Notes: generated from the letters alone by a model not told the origin. 64,000 nucleotides of DNA from Dehalococcoidia bacterium (GCA_038227375.1 JBBRPY010000001.1:5825-69824), one strand, 5' to 3'. Counted from the first letter of the stretch, positions 48,970 to 59,157 are shown. Made by a program: numbers and translations.

Positions 48970-50237
48970 GCGCGTCGAAGGAAGACTTCATCGGCATGAA
49001 CGAACTGCCGCTCGCCAGGATACGCGTCGTTGACCTGACGATGGTCTGGGCCGGCCCGTGCGCCACGCGGCTGCTCGCCGACATGGGCGCGGAGGTGATC
49101 AAGATAGAATCCGCGCGCTCGTGGGACATGCTGCGGTCGCTGCATTTTCTCGGCGGCAAGACCGAGCGCTGGTGGAACAAGTCCGCCTACTTCAACCACA
49201 ACAATCGCAATAAGTACGGCTGCACCCTCGACCTCAAGAGCGAGCGAGGGCGCGAGCTGGCGCTGCGGCTGGTGGCGCAGTCCGACCTCGTGTTCGAGAA
49301 CTACCGCGCGGACGTGCTCGGCAAGCTGCGGCTGGACTACGACGACCTGCGCGCGGTGAAGCCCGACATCATCCTCGTATCGATGCCGAGCCACGGGAAG
49401 AGCGGGCCGGAATCCCATCACATCGCCTACGGCACCAACGTCGAACAGCTCGCGGGCCTCGCGTCAATCAGCGGATACGAGGGCGAGGAGCCGCACAAGT
49501 CGCCGATCGCCTACGGCGACCCGAACGCCGGCGCCATCGCCGCCGCCGCGGCGTTGGCCGCGCTGCACCACCGGCGCGCGACGGGCGAGGGCCAACACGT
49601 CGAGGTGGCCCAGTGGGAGGCGATGATCGGCACGATCGGGGAGTACGTGTTGGCGTATCAGATGGATGGCAGTACCGGCCGCAGCCTCGGCAATGGGCAC
49701 GTGTCACGGGCGCAAGGGGTCTACCCGTGCATGGGCACCGACGAGTGGGTGGCGATCTCCGTCGGCTCCGACGCCGACTTCGCCGCGCTCTGCGGCGTCC
49801 TCGGCCTGCCGGAGCTGGCGCGCGACGCGCGGTTCGCCGACGTCGTCTCACGGCATCATCATCAGGCCGAGCTCGATGCGATCATCGGCGCCTGGACGGC
49901 GGGGCGGTCGCAGGACGAGGCGGCGCAGCTCATGCAGCTCGCGGGCGTCAGCGCGGCGCCCGTGCTGAAGATCCAGCGGCTCATGCAAGACCCGCACCTG
50001 CGGGCGCGCGGGTTCTGGGAGAGCGTCACGCAAGCCGACGCCGGCACATGGGATATGGACGGCCAGGTCTGGCGCCTGTCGCGTACCCCTGCCCACGTGC
50101 GCACGCCGCCGCCGATGTTCGGCGAGCACAACCGCTGGGTGCTGCGCGACCTGCTGGGGTTGAGCGACGAGCAGATCGCCACCCTCGAAGCGTATGGCGT
50201 GACCTCGAGCGCTCCGGACCTCGCGGTGCACGCATGA
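48966..50237 (+). CDS. Family III CoA-transferase (CaiB/BaiF), adjacent paralog
   Basis: IRVVDLTMVWAGPCATRLLADMGAEVIKIES. ATGA overlap with the preceding paralog. Confidence 0.8.
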   Translation: MSASKEDFIGMNELPLARIRVVDLTMVWAGPCATRLLADMGAEVIKIESARSWDMLRSLHFLGGKTERWWNKSAYFNHNNRNKYGCTLDLKSERGRELALRLVAQSDLVFENYRADVLGKLRLDYDDLRAVKPDIILVSMPSHGKSGPESHHIAYGTNVEQLAGLASISGYEGEEPHKSPIAYGDPNAGAIAAAAALAALHHRRATGEGQHVEVAQWEAMIGTIGEYVLAYQMDGSTGRSLGNGHVSRAQGVYPCMGTDEWVAISVGSDADFAALCGVLGLPELARDARFADVVSRHHHQAELDAIIGAWTAGRSQDEAAQLMQLAGVSAAPVLKIQRLMQDPHLRARGFWESVTQADAGTWDMDGQVWRLSRTPAHVRTPPPMFGEHNRWVLRDLLGLSDEQIATLEAYGVTSSAPDLAVHA

Positions 50238-50244
50238 GTGCCGC

Positions 50245-51099
50245 TTAGTACCCCGTGCGTGCCATCTCGCGCAGGCGCTTGATGCGCTCCTCAATCGGGG
50301 GATGGGTGCTGAACAAGCCCGAGAAGTTGGCGCCCTTCAGGCCGGCGAGCGGGTTCACAATGAACATGTGTGCCGCCGCCGGGTTCACCTGCATCGGGCG
50401 CATTCTGGCGCCCTGATCCAGCTTCGACAGCGCGTCGGCGAGCGCTTCCGGGTCGTGTGTCGTCTTCGCGCCCGTCTTGTCCGCCTCGTACTCGCGCGTG
50501 CGGGAGATCGAGAGCTGAATGATCGACGCGGCGATCGGCATCAGCACGATTGCGAGCAGCGAAAGCAGCGTGTTCTCGTTGTTGCGGCGGCCGCCGAACA
50601 GCATCCCGAACATCATGCTCTGCGTAATCCAGGCGATCGCCCCGGCGAGGATCGCCGCGATCGCCCCAATGAGGATGTCGCGGTTGCCGACGTGCCCCAG
50701 CTCGTGGGCGATCACGCCCTTCAGTTCGCGGTCGTCCAGCAGGCTCATGATGCCGGTCGTGGCGGCGACGACGGCGTGCTTCGGATTGCGGCCCGTCGCG
50801 AAGGCGTTCGGCGAGGGGTTGTCGACGACGTAGACCCGGGGCTTGGGGAGCGTCGTGAGCGACGTCACCTCCTCGACGATGCGGTGGAGGCGCGGCTCCT
50901 CGGCCGGCGTCACTTCGCGTGCGCCCGCCATCCGCAGTGCCAGCGAATCGGACTTCCAGTAGGCGAAGAGATTGAAGGCGGCGGCGATAGCGACGAAGAA
51001 GATCAGCCCGGGCAAACCCCCGAGAAACAGGTACCCCAATCCGGCGAGGAGGCCCGTCAGCACCCCCATCAGAAGCAGAGTCTTGGCAGTTGCGGCCAT
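50245..51099 (-). CDS. htpX: Zinc metalloprotease HtpX (M48)
   Basis: Four TM segments and the HELGH zinc motif (VIAHELGHVGNRD). Confidence 0.9.
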   Translation of the reverse strand: MAATAKTLLLMGVLTGLLAGLGYLFLGGLPGLIFFVAIAAAFNLFAYWKSDSLALRMAGAREVTPAEEPRLHRIVEEVTSLTTLPKPRVYVVDNPSPNAFATGRNPKHAVVAATTGIMSLLDDRELKGVIAHELGHVGNRDILIGAIAAILAGAIAWITQSMMFGMLFGGRRNNENTLLSLLAIVLMPIAASIIQLSISRTREYEADKTGAKTTHDPEALADALSKLDQGARMRPMQVNPAAAHMFIVNPLAGLKGANFSGLFSTHPPIEERIKRLREMARTGY

Positions 51100-51316
51100 G
51101 TGCGTCGAACCTCTTTCTTTCGCGCGGTTGCATCACTGCGCTACGTCCATTGTAACAGTTTGGCGTCCGGATCTTATGCCATCCGTATTGCGCCGGCTAC
51201 TGATCCAACGCGCTACTGAAGGTACGAGCGGGCGCGCGAATGGTTCATTCGGCAGGCGGGGGCGGTCGATCGTGGTACGATTGGCGGCGGTATTCCCTCC
51301 CCGGAAAGGAGCGCAT

Positions 51317-52222
51317 ATGCAGGGAGTGGGCACAGGAGAAGTAGGGCTATTTATCGACCTCGAGAACATTCGGTACAGCTATTTGAACGTCTACCAAATC
51401 GAACCAAACGTCTCGGCATGGATAGAAAAAGCAAGGAAGCACGGCCGCGTTTCTGTAGCCATGGCCTACGCCGACTTCAATGAGCACCCCCAGTGGGTGA
51501 GGCGCGGGCTGGACGTGGCGGGCATCGCCGCGCGGGACATCCCGGTGCGCCGCTTTGTGCGCGACGGCCAGGAGCGCGTCAAGAGCTCGGCCGACCTGCA
51601 CATGCTCATGGACATCATGGAGACCGCGCTCGACCGGCCGCAGGTGACCACCTACGTCCTGATGACGGGCGACTCCGACTACATCCGGGTGATCACCTGG
51701 ATCAAGAACCGCTTCGACAAGCGGGTGATCGTGTCAGGCGTGCCGGGGACGATCAGCCAGGACCTCGTGGCGGCGGCCGGCGAAGCGGACCACCTGGAAC
51801 CCGAGCAGGGCGTCACGGGCGAGGCGCTGCTGGGGCCGGTGGAAGCGATCGCCCTGATGATGAAGCGGGCGACGCCGCCGACGGGCTTCTGGACGATCAA
51901 GCTGATCGACCAGTGGTCACGCGACACCAGGAACAGCGTGCCAGGCAACGACCCGGACAAATCGAACGCCATCTCGTACATGCTGAAGAACGGCCTCATG
52001 CGGCGATACAAGACGGTGACCGACATCCGTGAAGTGACGATCAGCGAACTCGACGAGACACATCCGCTGGTGCGGCAGTTCATCGTGGGCGCCGGGCTCG
52101 ACCTCGACCCGTTGCCAGCGCGCTGCCTCGAATGCCAGACGCGCAACACCGAGGCGGCCCTCTGCAGCGAGTGCGGCGCCCCGCTCTCGAACGGACACGA
52201 GACCATCCCCGAAACAGGCTAA
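51317..52222 (+). CDS. NYN-domain (LabA/PIN-like) protein with C-terminal zinc ribbon
   Basis: GLFIDLENI and VLMTGDSDY NYN acidic motifs. C-terminal CLECQ...CSECG. ATG 51317 has a GGAAAGGAG RBS. Confidence 0.7.
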   Translation: MQGVGTGEVGLFIDLENIRYSYLNVYQIEPNVSAWIEKARKHGRVSVAMAYADFNEHPQWVRRGLDVAGIAARDIPVRRFVRDGQERVKSSADLHMLMDIMETALDRPQVTTYVLMTGDSDYIRVITWIKNRFDKRVIVSGVPGTISQDLVAAAGEADHLEPEQGVTGEALLGPVEAIALMMKRATPPTGFWTIKLIDQWSRDTRNSVPGNDPDKSNAISYMLKNGLMRRYKTVTDIREVTISELDETHPLVRQFIVGAGLDLDPLPARCLECQTRNTEAALCSECGAPLSNGHETIPETG

Positions 52223-52352
52223 GATCGACCGAGAAGCATCGGGACTACCGCGAGGGGGGCGCTGTTCGAGCGCCCCCCTCTCCGTTGTGGCAGGTGCGAT
52301 AGCATGCGGAGTCGCAGCGATCTTCGGATGCCGCTTTGGGCGCGTGTGCGGG

Positions 52353-52425
52353 GCCTTCACCCTCTCCGCGGCGAGTCTTCGACCAGCCTTTCGGCGACCC
52401 CTTTCCCACAAGAGGAGAGGGGATC
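52353..52425. repeat. Intergenic repeat element, same family (copy d)
   Basis: gccttcaccctctccgcggcgagtcttcgaccagcctttcggcgacccctttcccacaagaggagaggggatc. Confidence 0.6.
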
Positions 52426-52568
52426 GAGCCGGATGAGGATCTCGTGATGTCGATCTATCGCAAAGCAATACATGTGGGAGCTCCCCGCCACGCGGTGGAA
52501 GGCCTTGGGGGTGAGGCCGTGCCCAGCGAGACTTACCCGGTTCAAGGATGCCAAGAGCAGGCCAGCAT

Positions 52569-53342
52569 ATGAATGCAGTCTTCTCCGACGATATCGATCG
52601 CGCCGCTGACGCGCTGGCGTCGGCGCGCTATGCGATTGCGCTCGTCGGCGCCGGAATCAGCGTCGAAAGCGGCATCCCGCCCTTTCGTGGCGCCGGCGGC
52701 CTCTGGACCACGCGCGGCGAGCCGCCGATGGACGGATATGCCCGCTTCATGGAGGACCTCTCCGGTGGCTGGCTGAGCATGCTCGAACGGCGTGGCGGCG
52801 GCGACGAATTCGCGCGCGCCCTCGCGGCCGCGAAACCGAACGCGGCGCACCATGCGCTCGCCGAACTCGAGCGCGACGGCATCCTGCGGCACACGATCAC
52901 CCAGAACATCGACAACCTGCACTTCGCGGCCGGCAGCGTGGCGGTGACGGAGATCCACGGGAACCGCACGAAGATCCGCTGCATCGACTGTGGCGGCCGC
53001 TGGCCATTCGAGGAGATAGACCTCAGCGAGCTGCCGCCCGCCTGCCCGGTCTGCCGCGGCATCCTGAAGGGCGATACGGTGATGTTCGGCGAGCCGATCC
53101 CGCAGGCCGCGCTCGCCGAATGTTACCGGCAGGCCGAGCGCGCCGATTGCATGCTGATCGCCGGCACCTCGGCGAGCGTGACGCCGGCGGCCTGGTTCCC
53201 GGAGGTGGTTCTCCAGCGCGACGGCGTGTTGATCGAGGTGAATCCCGAGGCGACGCCGTTCTCCGGTCTCGCGCTCGTGTCTATGCGGGCGGCGGCGGGC
53301 GAGGCGCTGCCGCTCCTGCTCGACCGCCTGCGCGCCCGCTGA
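52569..53342 (+). CDS. cobB: NAD-dependent protein deacylase (sirtuin, CobB/Sir2 family)
   Basis: GAGISVESGIPPFRG, TQNIDNLH, and the zinc-ligand pairs CIDCG...CPVCRG. Confidence 0.9.
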   Translation: MNAVFSDDIDRAADALASARYAIALVGAGISVESGIPPFRGAGGLWTTRGEPPMDGYARFMEDLSGGWLSMLERRGGGDEFARALAAAKPNAAHHALAELERDGILRHTITQNIDNLHFAAGSVAVTEIHGNRTKIRCIDCGGRWPFEEIDLSELPPACPVCRGILKGDTVMFGEPIPQAALAECYRQAERADCMLIAGTSASVTPAAWFPEVVLQRDGVLIEVNPEATPFSGLALVSMRAAAGEALPLLLDRLRAR

Positions 53343-53443
53343 GCGCGCTTGCTCTCCGCCGCCGCTGCTGGTTTGATCGTGCTGTCCGATGTCTCTGGTC
53401 CGACGATGGCAGCGGCGACGAGCACGCTCCGAAAGGCACGCAC

Positions 53444-54844
53444 ATGACGACAGCCACCGACCTCTGCATGCTGACCCTCGAAGAGATAGCGGCGAAGATC
53501 GCCACGAAGCAGGTGAGCCCCGTCGAAGCGACTGAGGCCGTGCTGGCGCGCATCGAAGAGTTGAATCCTCGCCTGAATGCGTACATGACGATCACGGCCG
53601 AGCAGGCAATGGCGCGTGCCCGCGAAGCCGAAGGCGAGATCGCTTCCGGGGCCTATCGCGGTGCGTTGCACGGCGTCCCTGTCGGGATCAAGGATCTGTT
53701 CGCCACCAGGGGCATCCGCACCACCGCCGGCTCCAAGCTGCTCGCAGATTGGATTCCGGACTACGACGCGACCGTCGTCGACAAGCTCGCCCGTGCGGGT
53801 GCGATCAGCGTCGGCAAGCTCGGCATGCACGAGTGGGCGTTCGGGTGCACCTCGGACAACGTCCACTACGGGACCATCCGCAACCCGTGGGATACGGAAC
53901 GGGTACCCGGCGGCTCCTCCGGTGGGTCCGGCGTGGCCACAGCCACCGGCATGGCGTTCGCCACGCTGGGCAGCGACACCGGCGGCAGCATCCGCGTCCC
54001 CGCCGCGCTGTGCGGGTGCGTCGGGATGATGCCCTCGTACGGCCGCGCCAGCCTGCACGGCGCCGTGCCGCTCTCGTGGTCGCTCGACCATCCCGGGCCG
54101 CTGACGCGCACCGTGCGCGACGCCGCCATCGTGATCCAGGCGATCAGTGGTCACGACGAGCTTGACCCCTCGACGGAACGCGTGCCGGTACCAGACTGGC
54201 TGAAGCACATCGAACGGGGGCCGGCGGGACTGCGCATCGGCGTGCCGAAGCAATTCTTCGGCGAGCGCGTCGACCCGGAGATCGCATCGCTGGTCCGGCG
54301 CGCGATCGACGACCTTCGCGACGCCGGCGCCTCGGTGTCGGAGGTGGACTACGCCCGCTTCGATGCCTACTTCGACGCCGTGAACGCTATCATGCTTGTG
54401 GAAGCCGCCGCCTATCACGCGGACAACCTGGCGGCTCACGCACCAGACTACGGCCCGCAGGTGGCGGCGCTGCTCGCCATCGGCGCCCGCGTGCCGGCGG
54501 TTGGCTACGCGAACGGCCTTCGTCTGATGCAGCAGGCGCGGCGCGGGGAAGCCGACCTGGCTCTCCAGGGTGTCGATGTCCTGGCGCTCCCGACCGTGCC
54601 GGTCGCCACGCCAACCATCGCGGAATCGAAGCTGCACGACCCCTCGGCGGCACTGGTGCGGAACACCGTGATTTTCGACTTCACCGGCCAGCCGGCAATA
54701 TCGGTGCCCTGCGGGCTCACCTCCGGGAGAATGCCGGTGGGGATCATGTTTGTCGGCAGACGCTGGGATGAAACTTCTGTACTATGGGCCGGTCGAGCGT
54801 ACGAACAGGTGCGCGGGCCGTCCCCCGCCTCGCCCATCGCCTGA
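53444..54844 (+). CDS. Amidase-signature family amidase (GatA-like)
   Basis: GGSSGGSGVATA amidase signature and the Ser-cisSer-Lys residues. The start is placed at ATG 53444. Confidence 0.85.
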   Translation: MTTATDLCMLTLEEIAAKIATKQVSPVEATEAVLARIEELNPRLNAYMTITAEQAMARAREAEGEIASGAYRGALHGVPVGIKDLFATRGIRTTAGSKLLADWIPDYDATVVDKLARAGAISVGKLGMHEWAFGCTSDNVHYGTIRNPWDTERVPGGSSGGSGVATATGMAFATLGSDTGGSIRVPAALCGCVGMMPSYGRASLHGAVPLSWSLDHPGPLTRTVRDAAIVIQAISGHDELDPSTERVPVPDWLKHIERGPAGLRIGVPKQFFGERVDPEIASLVRRAIDDLRDAGASVSEVDYARFDAYFDAVNAIMLVEAAAYHADNLAAHAPDYGPQVAALLAIGARVPAVGYANGLRLMQQARRGEADLALQGVDVLALPTVPVATPTIAESKLHDPSAALVRNTVIFDFTGQPAISVPCGLTSGRMPVGIMFVGRRWDETSVLWAGRAYEQVRGPSPASPIA

Positions 54845-54958
54845 GTCCGCGCCACGGCGCCAGTCATACTCGCGCTCACGACAGCGATGCCCGGATCACG
54901 CGCAACCATTGCGCCCTGAAATCGGCCGGCGTCGCGCGCCATGCAGGGAGGAAACTGT

Positions 54959-56143
54959 ATGTCATTCTCGATTTCGCCACGCGCACTCACCATCGGGCTC
55001 GGCGCCGCTGTCGCGCTGGCGGGAGGCGTGCTCGTCGGCTCAGCGCTGACCGGGCACGGCACGGCGAGCGGCAGCGCCTACCCGACGCAATCGCCGGAAG
55101 CGAGCGCGTCGCCGCCGACGACGCACACCGCCCCCGCCACCACGCACACGCCCGGCACCACACGCACGCCGAATACCACGCACACGCCCGGCACCACACG
55201 CACGCCGAACACCACGCAGACGCCGAACACGACGCACACACCCGGCACCACGCAGACGCCGAACACCACGCGCACGCCGGGCACCACGCATACACCGCCC
55301 GCCACCACGCACACGCCGCAGACAACGCAGTCGCCGCAGACGACGCACACGGCGGAAGTCACCCACACGCCGGCCACGAGCACGCCGACGTCTGTCTCGA
55401 CCGCGACGCCTACTCCGGCAACGCCGGTCTCGACGGAGACGCCGGCGAACACATCGACGGCGACGGCGACCGGCACTTCCGTGTCGACATCGACGGCAAC
55501 AGGTACGGCCGCCGCATCCGCGACGACCACCGCCACTTCCACAGCGCCCGCATCAGCGACGGCGACGCCGACGGCAGTGCTCACGGCGACGCCCACGGGC
55601 ACCGCAAACACCAGCACGCCGACTGAGACGTCAACGGCAACAGGCAGCGCGACGCCCGCGACACCGACTCAGACGCTGACGCCCACGGGCAGCGCGACGC
55701 CGGGGACACCGACCGAAACACCGACATCGGTTGGGACGGCGACGCCCACCTCCACCGCCAACACCGCAACGCCGACGATCGCCGTCACGGGAACGCCGGG
55801 CACGCCGAGCAGCACCCCGCAGGGACAGGGCAGCATCACGCCACTCCCCACCGAGACGACGACGGTGCGCCGCAGCTCTTCGAGCACGCCCGTCGCCACG
55901 TCGACACCGCGGCGCACATCAACCACGACCGCCAGCGGACGCTCGCCGACGCCGACGTTCGTGAACAGCGTGCTGGGATCGACGCCGACGCCCAGGCCGT
56001 CGAAGCCGACGACATCGGTGACCGCCTTCCCGAACGCTGGCGGCAGCGGCCGAGACCGAAATATCTATCTCGCGGGACTGGGGCTGCTGCTGGCGGCCGG
56101 GGGTCTCGCGACAGCGGCGGCCGGATTGCGGTCTCGGCGATAG
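54959..56143 (+). CDS. Thr/Pro-rich repetitive cell-surface protein with signal peptide and C-terminal TM anchor plus basic tail
   Basis: N-terminal signal; about 300 aa of T/P/A/S repeats (TPNTTHTPGTTRTP units); C-terminal LAGLGLLLAAGGLATAAAGLRSRR. Confidence 0.6.
   Translation: MSFSISPRALTIGLGAAVALAGGVLVGSALTGHGTASGSAYPTQSPEASASPPTTHTAPATTHTPGTTRTPNTTHTPGTTRTPNTTQTPNTTHTPGTTQTPNTTRTPGTTHTPPATTHTPQTTQSPQTTHTAEVTHTPATSTPTSVSTATPTPATPVSTETPANTSTATATGTSVSTSTATGTAAASATTTATSTAPASATATPTAVLTATPTGTANTSTPTETSTATGSATPATPTQTLTPTGSATPGTPTETPTSVGTATPTSTANTATPTIAVTGTPGTPSSTPQGQGSITPLPTETTTVRRSSSSTPVATSTPRRTSTTTASGRSPTPTFVNSVLGSTPTPRPSKPTTSVTAFPNAGGSGRDRNIYLAGLGLLLAAGGLATAAAGLRSRR
55130..55330. repeat. 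Tandem ~42-bp nucleotide repeats encoding the TPNTTHTPGTTRTP units
   Basis: acgcacacgcccggcaccacacgcacgccgaacacc-type units repeated at least 4 times in frame. Confidence 0.65.
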
Positions 56144-56196
56144 AAACGGCGCCGCCCCGGGCGAGTGATCGCGCGCGGAGGATCGGATCGAGGACG

Positions 56197-56964
56197 ATGC
56201 GACTTGAGAGCAAGACCGCGCTGATCACCGGCGCCGGCAGCGGCATGGGGCGCGTAGCCGCGGTGCTGTTCGCGCGCGAGGGCGCCAACATCATCGGCGT
56301 CGACATCACGCGCGCCGGGCTCGACGAGACGGCGGCGCTTGTCGCAGAACAAGCGCGCGGCAGCATGCTGCCGCTCGCCGGTGACGTCTCGAACGCGGCC
56401 GATGTGAGGTCGTGGGTGCAGACCGGCGTCGAACGCTACGGCGCGCTGCACGTGCTGTACAACAACGCCGGCATCTTCCCCGACGACGACCGGGGCGTGC
56501 TGGAGATGGACGAAGCGACGTACCAGCGCACCATGGACGTCAACCTCAAGGGGGTGATGCTCTGCTGCAAGTACGGCATCCCGGAGATTGTACGCGTCGG
56601 CGGCGGGTCCGTGGTGAACGTGGCCTCGTTCGTCGCGCTCGTGGGATGCACCGTGCCGCAAGATGCCTACACCGCAAGCAAGGGCGCCGTGCTCGCGCTG
56701 ACAAAGTCGCTGGCGGTGCAGTTCGGGCGCGACCACGTGCGCGCGAACGCGATCTGCCCCGGCCCGATCCTGACGCCGCTGCTCGCGGACCTCTTTCCGA
56801 GCGAGGAGGAGAAGATGAAGCGCCTCAACCGCATCCCGCTCGGCCGCTTCGGCCTGCCCGAGGACATCGCCTACGCCGCGCTCTATCTGGCATCAGACGA
56901 GTCGTCGTGGATGACGGGCACGGAGTTCGTTGTCGACGGCGGCATCACCGCCAACTACTTCTAA
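56197..56964 (+). CDS. SDR-family oxidoreductase
   Basis: TGAGSGMG cofactor motif and the catalytic YTASK. Confidence 0.85.
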   Translation: MRLESKTALITGAGSGMGRVAAVLFAREGANIIGVDITRAGLDETAALVAEQARGSMLPLAGDVSNAADVRSWVQTGVERYGALHVLYNNAGIFPDDDRGVLEMDEATYQRTMDVNLKGVMLCCKYGIPEIVRVGGGSVVNVASFVALVGCTVPQDAYTASKGAVLALTKSLAVQFGRDHVRANAICPGPILTPLLADLFPSEEEKMKRLNRIPLGRFGLPEDIAYAALYLASDESSWMTGTEFVVDGGITANYF

Positions 56965-57026
56965 GCGCCCCTCATCCTGATCGCGATGCACCGCAAAGCG
57001 ATGCCGTTCATCCGGCCGACCGCACG

Positions 57027-58103
57027 CTACTTCCCAGCGCTATGCCCGGCACCGTACGACTCGCCTTCGCCCGCGATGGCGAAGTTGCGCACGAGGCGGT
57101 AGAACCTGCGGTCGACGCGGCGGTTGTGGCCGATGACATCGGCGAAGGGCACCGGCACGATGTCCAGCCCCTGGGCCGCCGCCATGACGCCGGTGCGGCC
57201 CTCGTGCGCCCAGTCGACGGCGGTGGCGCCCATCCGCGTCGCCAGCACGCGGTCAAACATCGATGGTGATCCGCCGCGCTGCACGTGGCCGAGCACGGTC
57301 ACCCGCGCCTCGACGCCCGTGCGCACCTCGATCGCCTCCGCGAGCCGTGTGCCGATGCCGCGCGTCGCCAACTGCGCGTGGCCGAACTCGTCGACCTTTC
57401 CTCCCGCCGTGGCGGGCTCGGCGCCGGCGACAGCGGCGCCTTCGGCCACGACGATGATGCTGAACCGGCGTGACTCCATCCGCTGCTGGAGGTGCCGGAC
57501 GATGCGGTCGAGCGTCACCGGCTCTTCCGGGATGATGATCAAGTCGGCGCCGCCCGCGATGCCGCCGGCCATCGCGAGCCAGCCGCTGTCGCGCCCCATC
57601 ACCTCCACCACCATCGCCCGGCGGTGCGACTCGGCTGTCGTGTGCAGCCGGTCCAGCGCCTCCCCCACGACCTCCACTGCCGAGTCGAAGCCGATGCAGT
57701 AGTCGGTGTGGGGCACGTCGTTGTCGATCGTCTTCGGGACGCCGACGACACCGAACCCACGCTCCGACAGCTTCGCGGAGACGCTCAGCGTGTCGTCGCC
57801 ACCGATCGTCACGAGCGCATCGATCGCCCGCCGCCGCAGGTTGTCTTCGACCTGCCGCATCTCGGCGTCGCTGCGCGCGGGATTCGTACGTGACGAACCG
57901 AGGATCGTGCCGCCGAGGTTGAGGATGCCCGCGATCTGCTCGGTCGTCAGCAGTTGCGCGTTGCTGTCACCAAGCAACCCCGCCCATCCCTCGCGGAAGC
58001 CGTAAAGCTCGTCACCCAGCATCCACGCCCGGTAGGCGATCGCGCGGATCGCCGCGTTGAGCCCGGGACAATCGCCGCCACCTGTGAGGACGCCGATGCG
58101 CAT
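57027..58103 (-). CDS. pfkA: 6-phosphofructokinase
   Basis: MRIGVLTGGGDCPGLNAAIRA and GGDDTL motifs. Confidence 0.9.
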   Translation of the reverse strand: MRIGVLTGGGDCPGLNAAIRAIAYRAWMLGDELYGFREGWAGLLGDSNAQLLTTEQIAGILNLGGTILGSSRTNPARSDAEMRQVEDNLRRRAIDALVTIGGDDTLSVSAKLSERGFGVVGVPKTIDNDVPHTDYCIGFDSAVEVVGEALDRLHTTAESHRRAMVVEVMGRDSGWLAMAGGIAGGADLIIIPEEPVTLDRIVRHLQQRMESRRFSIIVVAEGAAVAGAEPATAGGKVDEFGHAQLATRGIGTRLAEAIEVRTGVEARVTVLGHVQRGGSPSMFDRVLATRMGATAVDWAHEGRTGVMAAAQGLDIVPVPFADVIGHNRRVDRRFYRLVRNFAIAGEGESYGAGHSAGK

Positions 58104-58216
58104 GTGCACCTCGATGAACGCCAGAGGCCGTCCGGCCTTCAGCGTAGGGGATATAGCAGCGACGCTGCCTCATCCTAACGGGGCGGCACGGCCTCCGGAC
58201 CACCTGCGGTATCGAA

Positions 58217-58262
58217 CTCTCCTCTCCACGCGGTGGAGAGGGGGCCGGGATGAGGCCGTCCA
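58217..58262. repeat. Intergenic hairpin related to the CCTCTCCACG repeat family (copy e), between tauE and pfkA
   Basis: cctctccacgcggtggagagg is a perfect 9-bp stem with a GCG loop. Shares the CTCTCCACG core. Confidence 0.5.
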
Positions 58263-59096
58263 TCACCCTAACGCCCCCGTGTACACCAGCCGCATACCCA
58301 GCGCCAGCAGGGCGACGGCGAGAAACCGCACGATGGCCGGCCCCTGGAACTTTTGCGCCAGCCGCGCGCCCACCTGCGCGCCGGGGATCACCCCTGCAGA
58401 AAGCAGCAGGGCGCGCACGAGGTTCTGGCCCGCAAGGTCGCCGTTGGTGAGATGGACGACGCTCCCGGAGGCGGCAGTAATCGCCAGCACAAAGTGTGAG
58501 GTCGCCACGGCAACGTGCACGGGAAACCGCAGCAGCGTGATCATGATCGGCACGTGGACGACACCACCGCCGATGCCAAGCAGGCTCGAAATGAAGCCGA
58601 CCCCGGCGCTGTAGGCGATGCCCTGCCAGAGGCTGTACGAGTACCGGAAGCTCTCGTCTGGCGTGGCGCCGGGCATCGTCCGCGTGATGATGCCACGGCC
58701 ACGCAGCGGCGATCGAATCACGGCCGTGCGTCCGGCTGCCCACGCCGTGTACGCCGCCAGCGCCAGCAGCGTCAACCCGAACATGACATCGAAGGCGTTG
58801 CGCGGCACGACACCCACGAGGTACGCGCCGATGACCGATCCGGGGATCGCGGCGGCGGCGAACATCGTGCCCGTCAGGTAGTCGATGCGCCGCAGACGCG
58901 CGTATGCCGCGGACCCGGAGAGCGCGTTGAAGAAGACGACCGCAAGCGAGATCGAGGTCAGCCCGGCCGGATCTTCATCCGGGTAGATGATCAGCAGCGC
59001 CGGCACGAGGACGAAGCCGCCGCCCGCCCCGACGAGTGTGCCGTATGCACCGACGACGAATCCGAGTGGGATCAGCAGTAGCTCAAACCAGGACAA
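58263..59096 (-). CDS. TauE/SafE (DUF81) sulfite/anion exporter family membrane protein
   Basis: Polytopic membrane protein with the internal repeat and the GxxGxGGG-like motif (GTLVGAGGGFVLVP). Confidence 0.8.
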   Translation of the reverse strand: MSWFELLLIPLGFVVGAYGTLVGAGGGFVLVPALLIIYPDEDPAGLTSISLAVVFFNALSGSAAYARLRRIDYLTGTMFAAAAIPGSVIGAYLVGVVPRNAFDVMFGLTLLALAAYTAWAAGRTAVIRSPLRGRGIITRTMPGATPDESFRYSYSLWQGIAYSAGVGFISSLLGIGGGVVHVPIMITLLRFPVHVAVATSHFVLAITAASGSVVHLTNGDLAGQNLVRALLLSAGVIPGAQVGARLAQKFQGPAIVRFLAVALLALGMRLVYTGALG

Positions 59097-59157
59097 CGCG
59101 CGCTCCCCTCACCCGCGTAGCGTACGCACGCGAGGGACCGCGGGGAATGGGGTTCTG

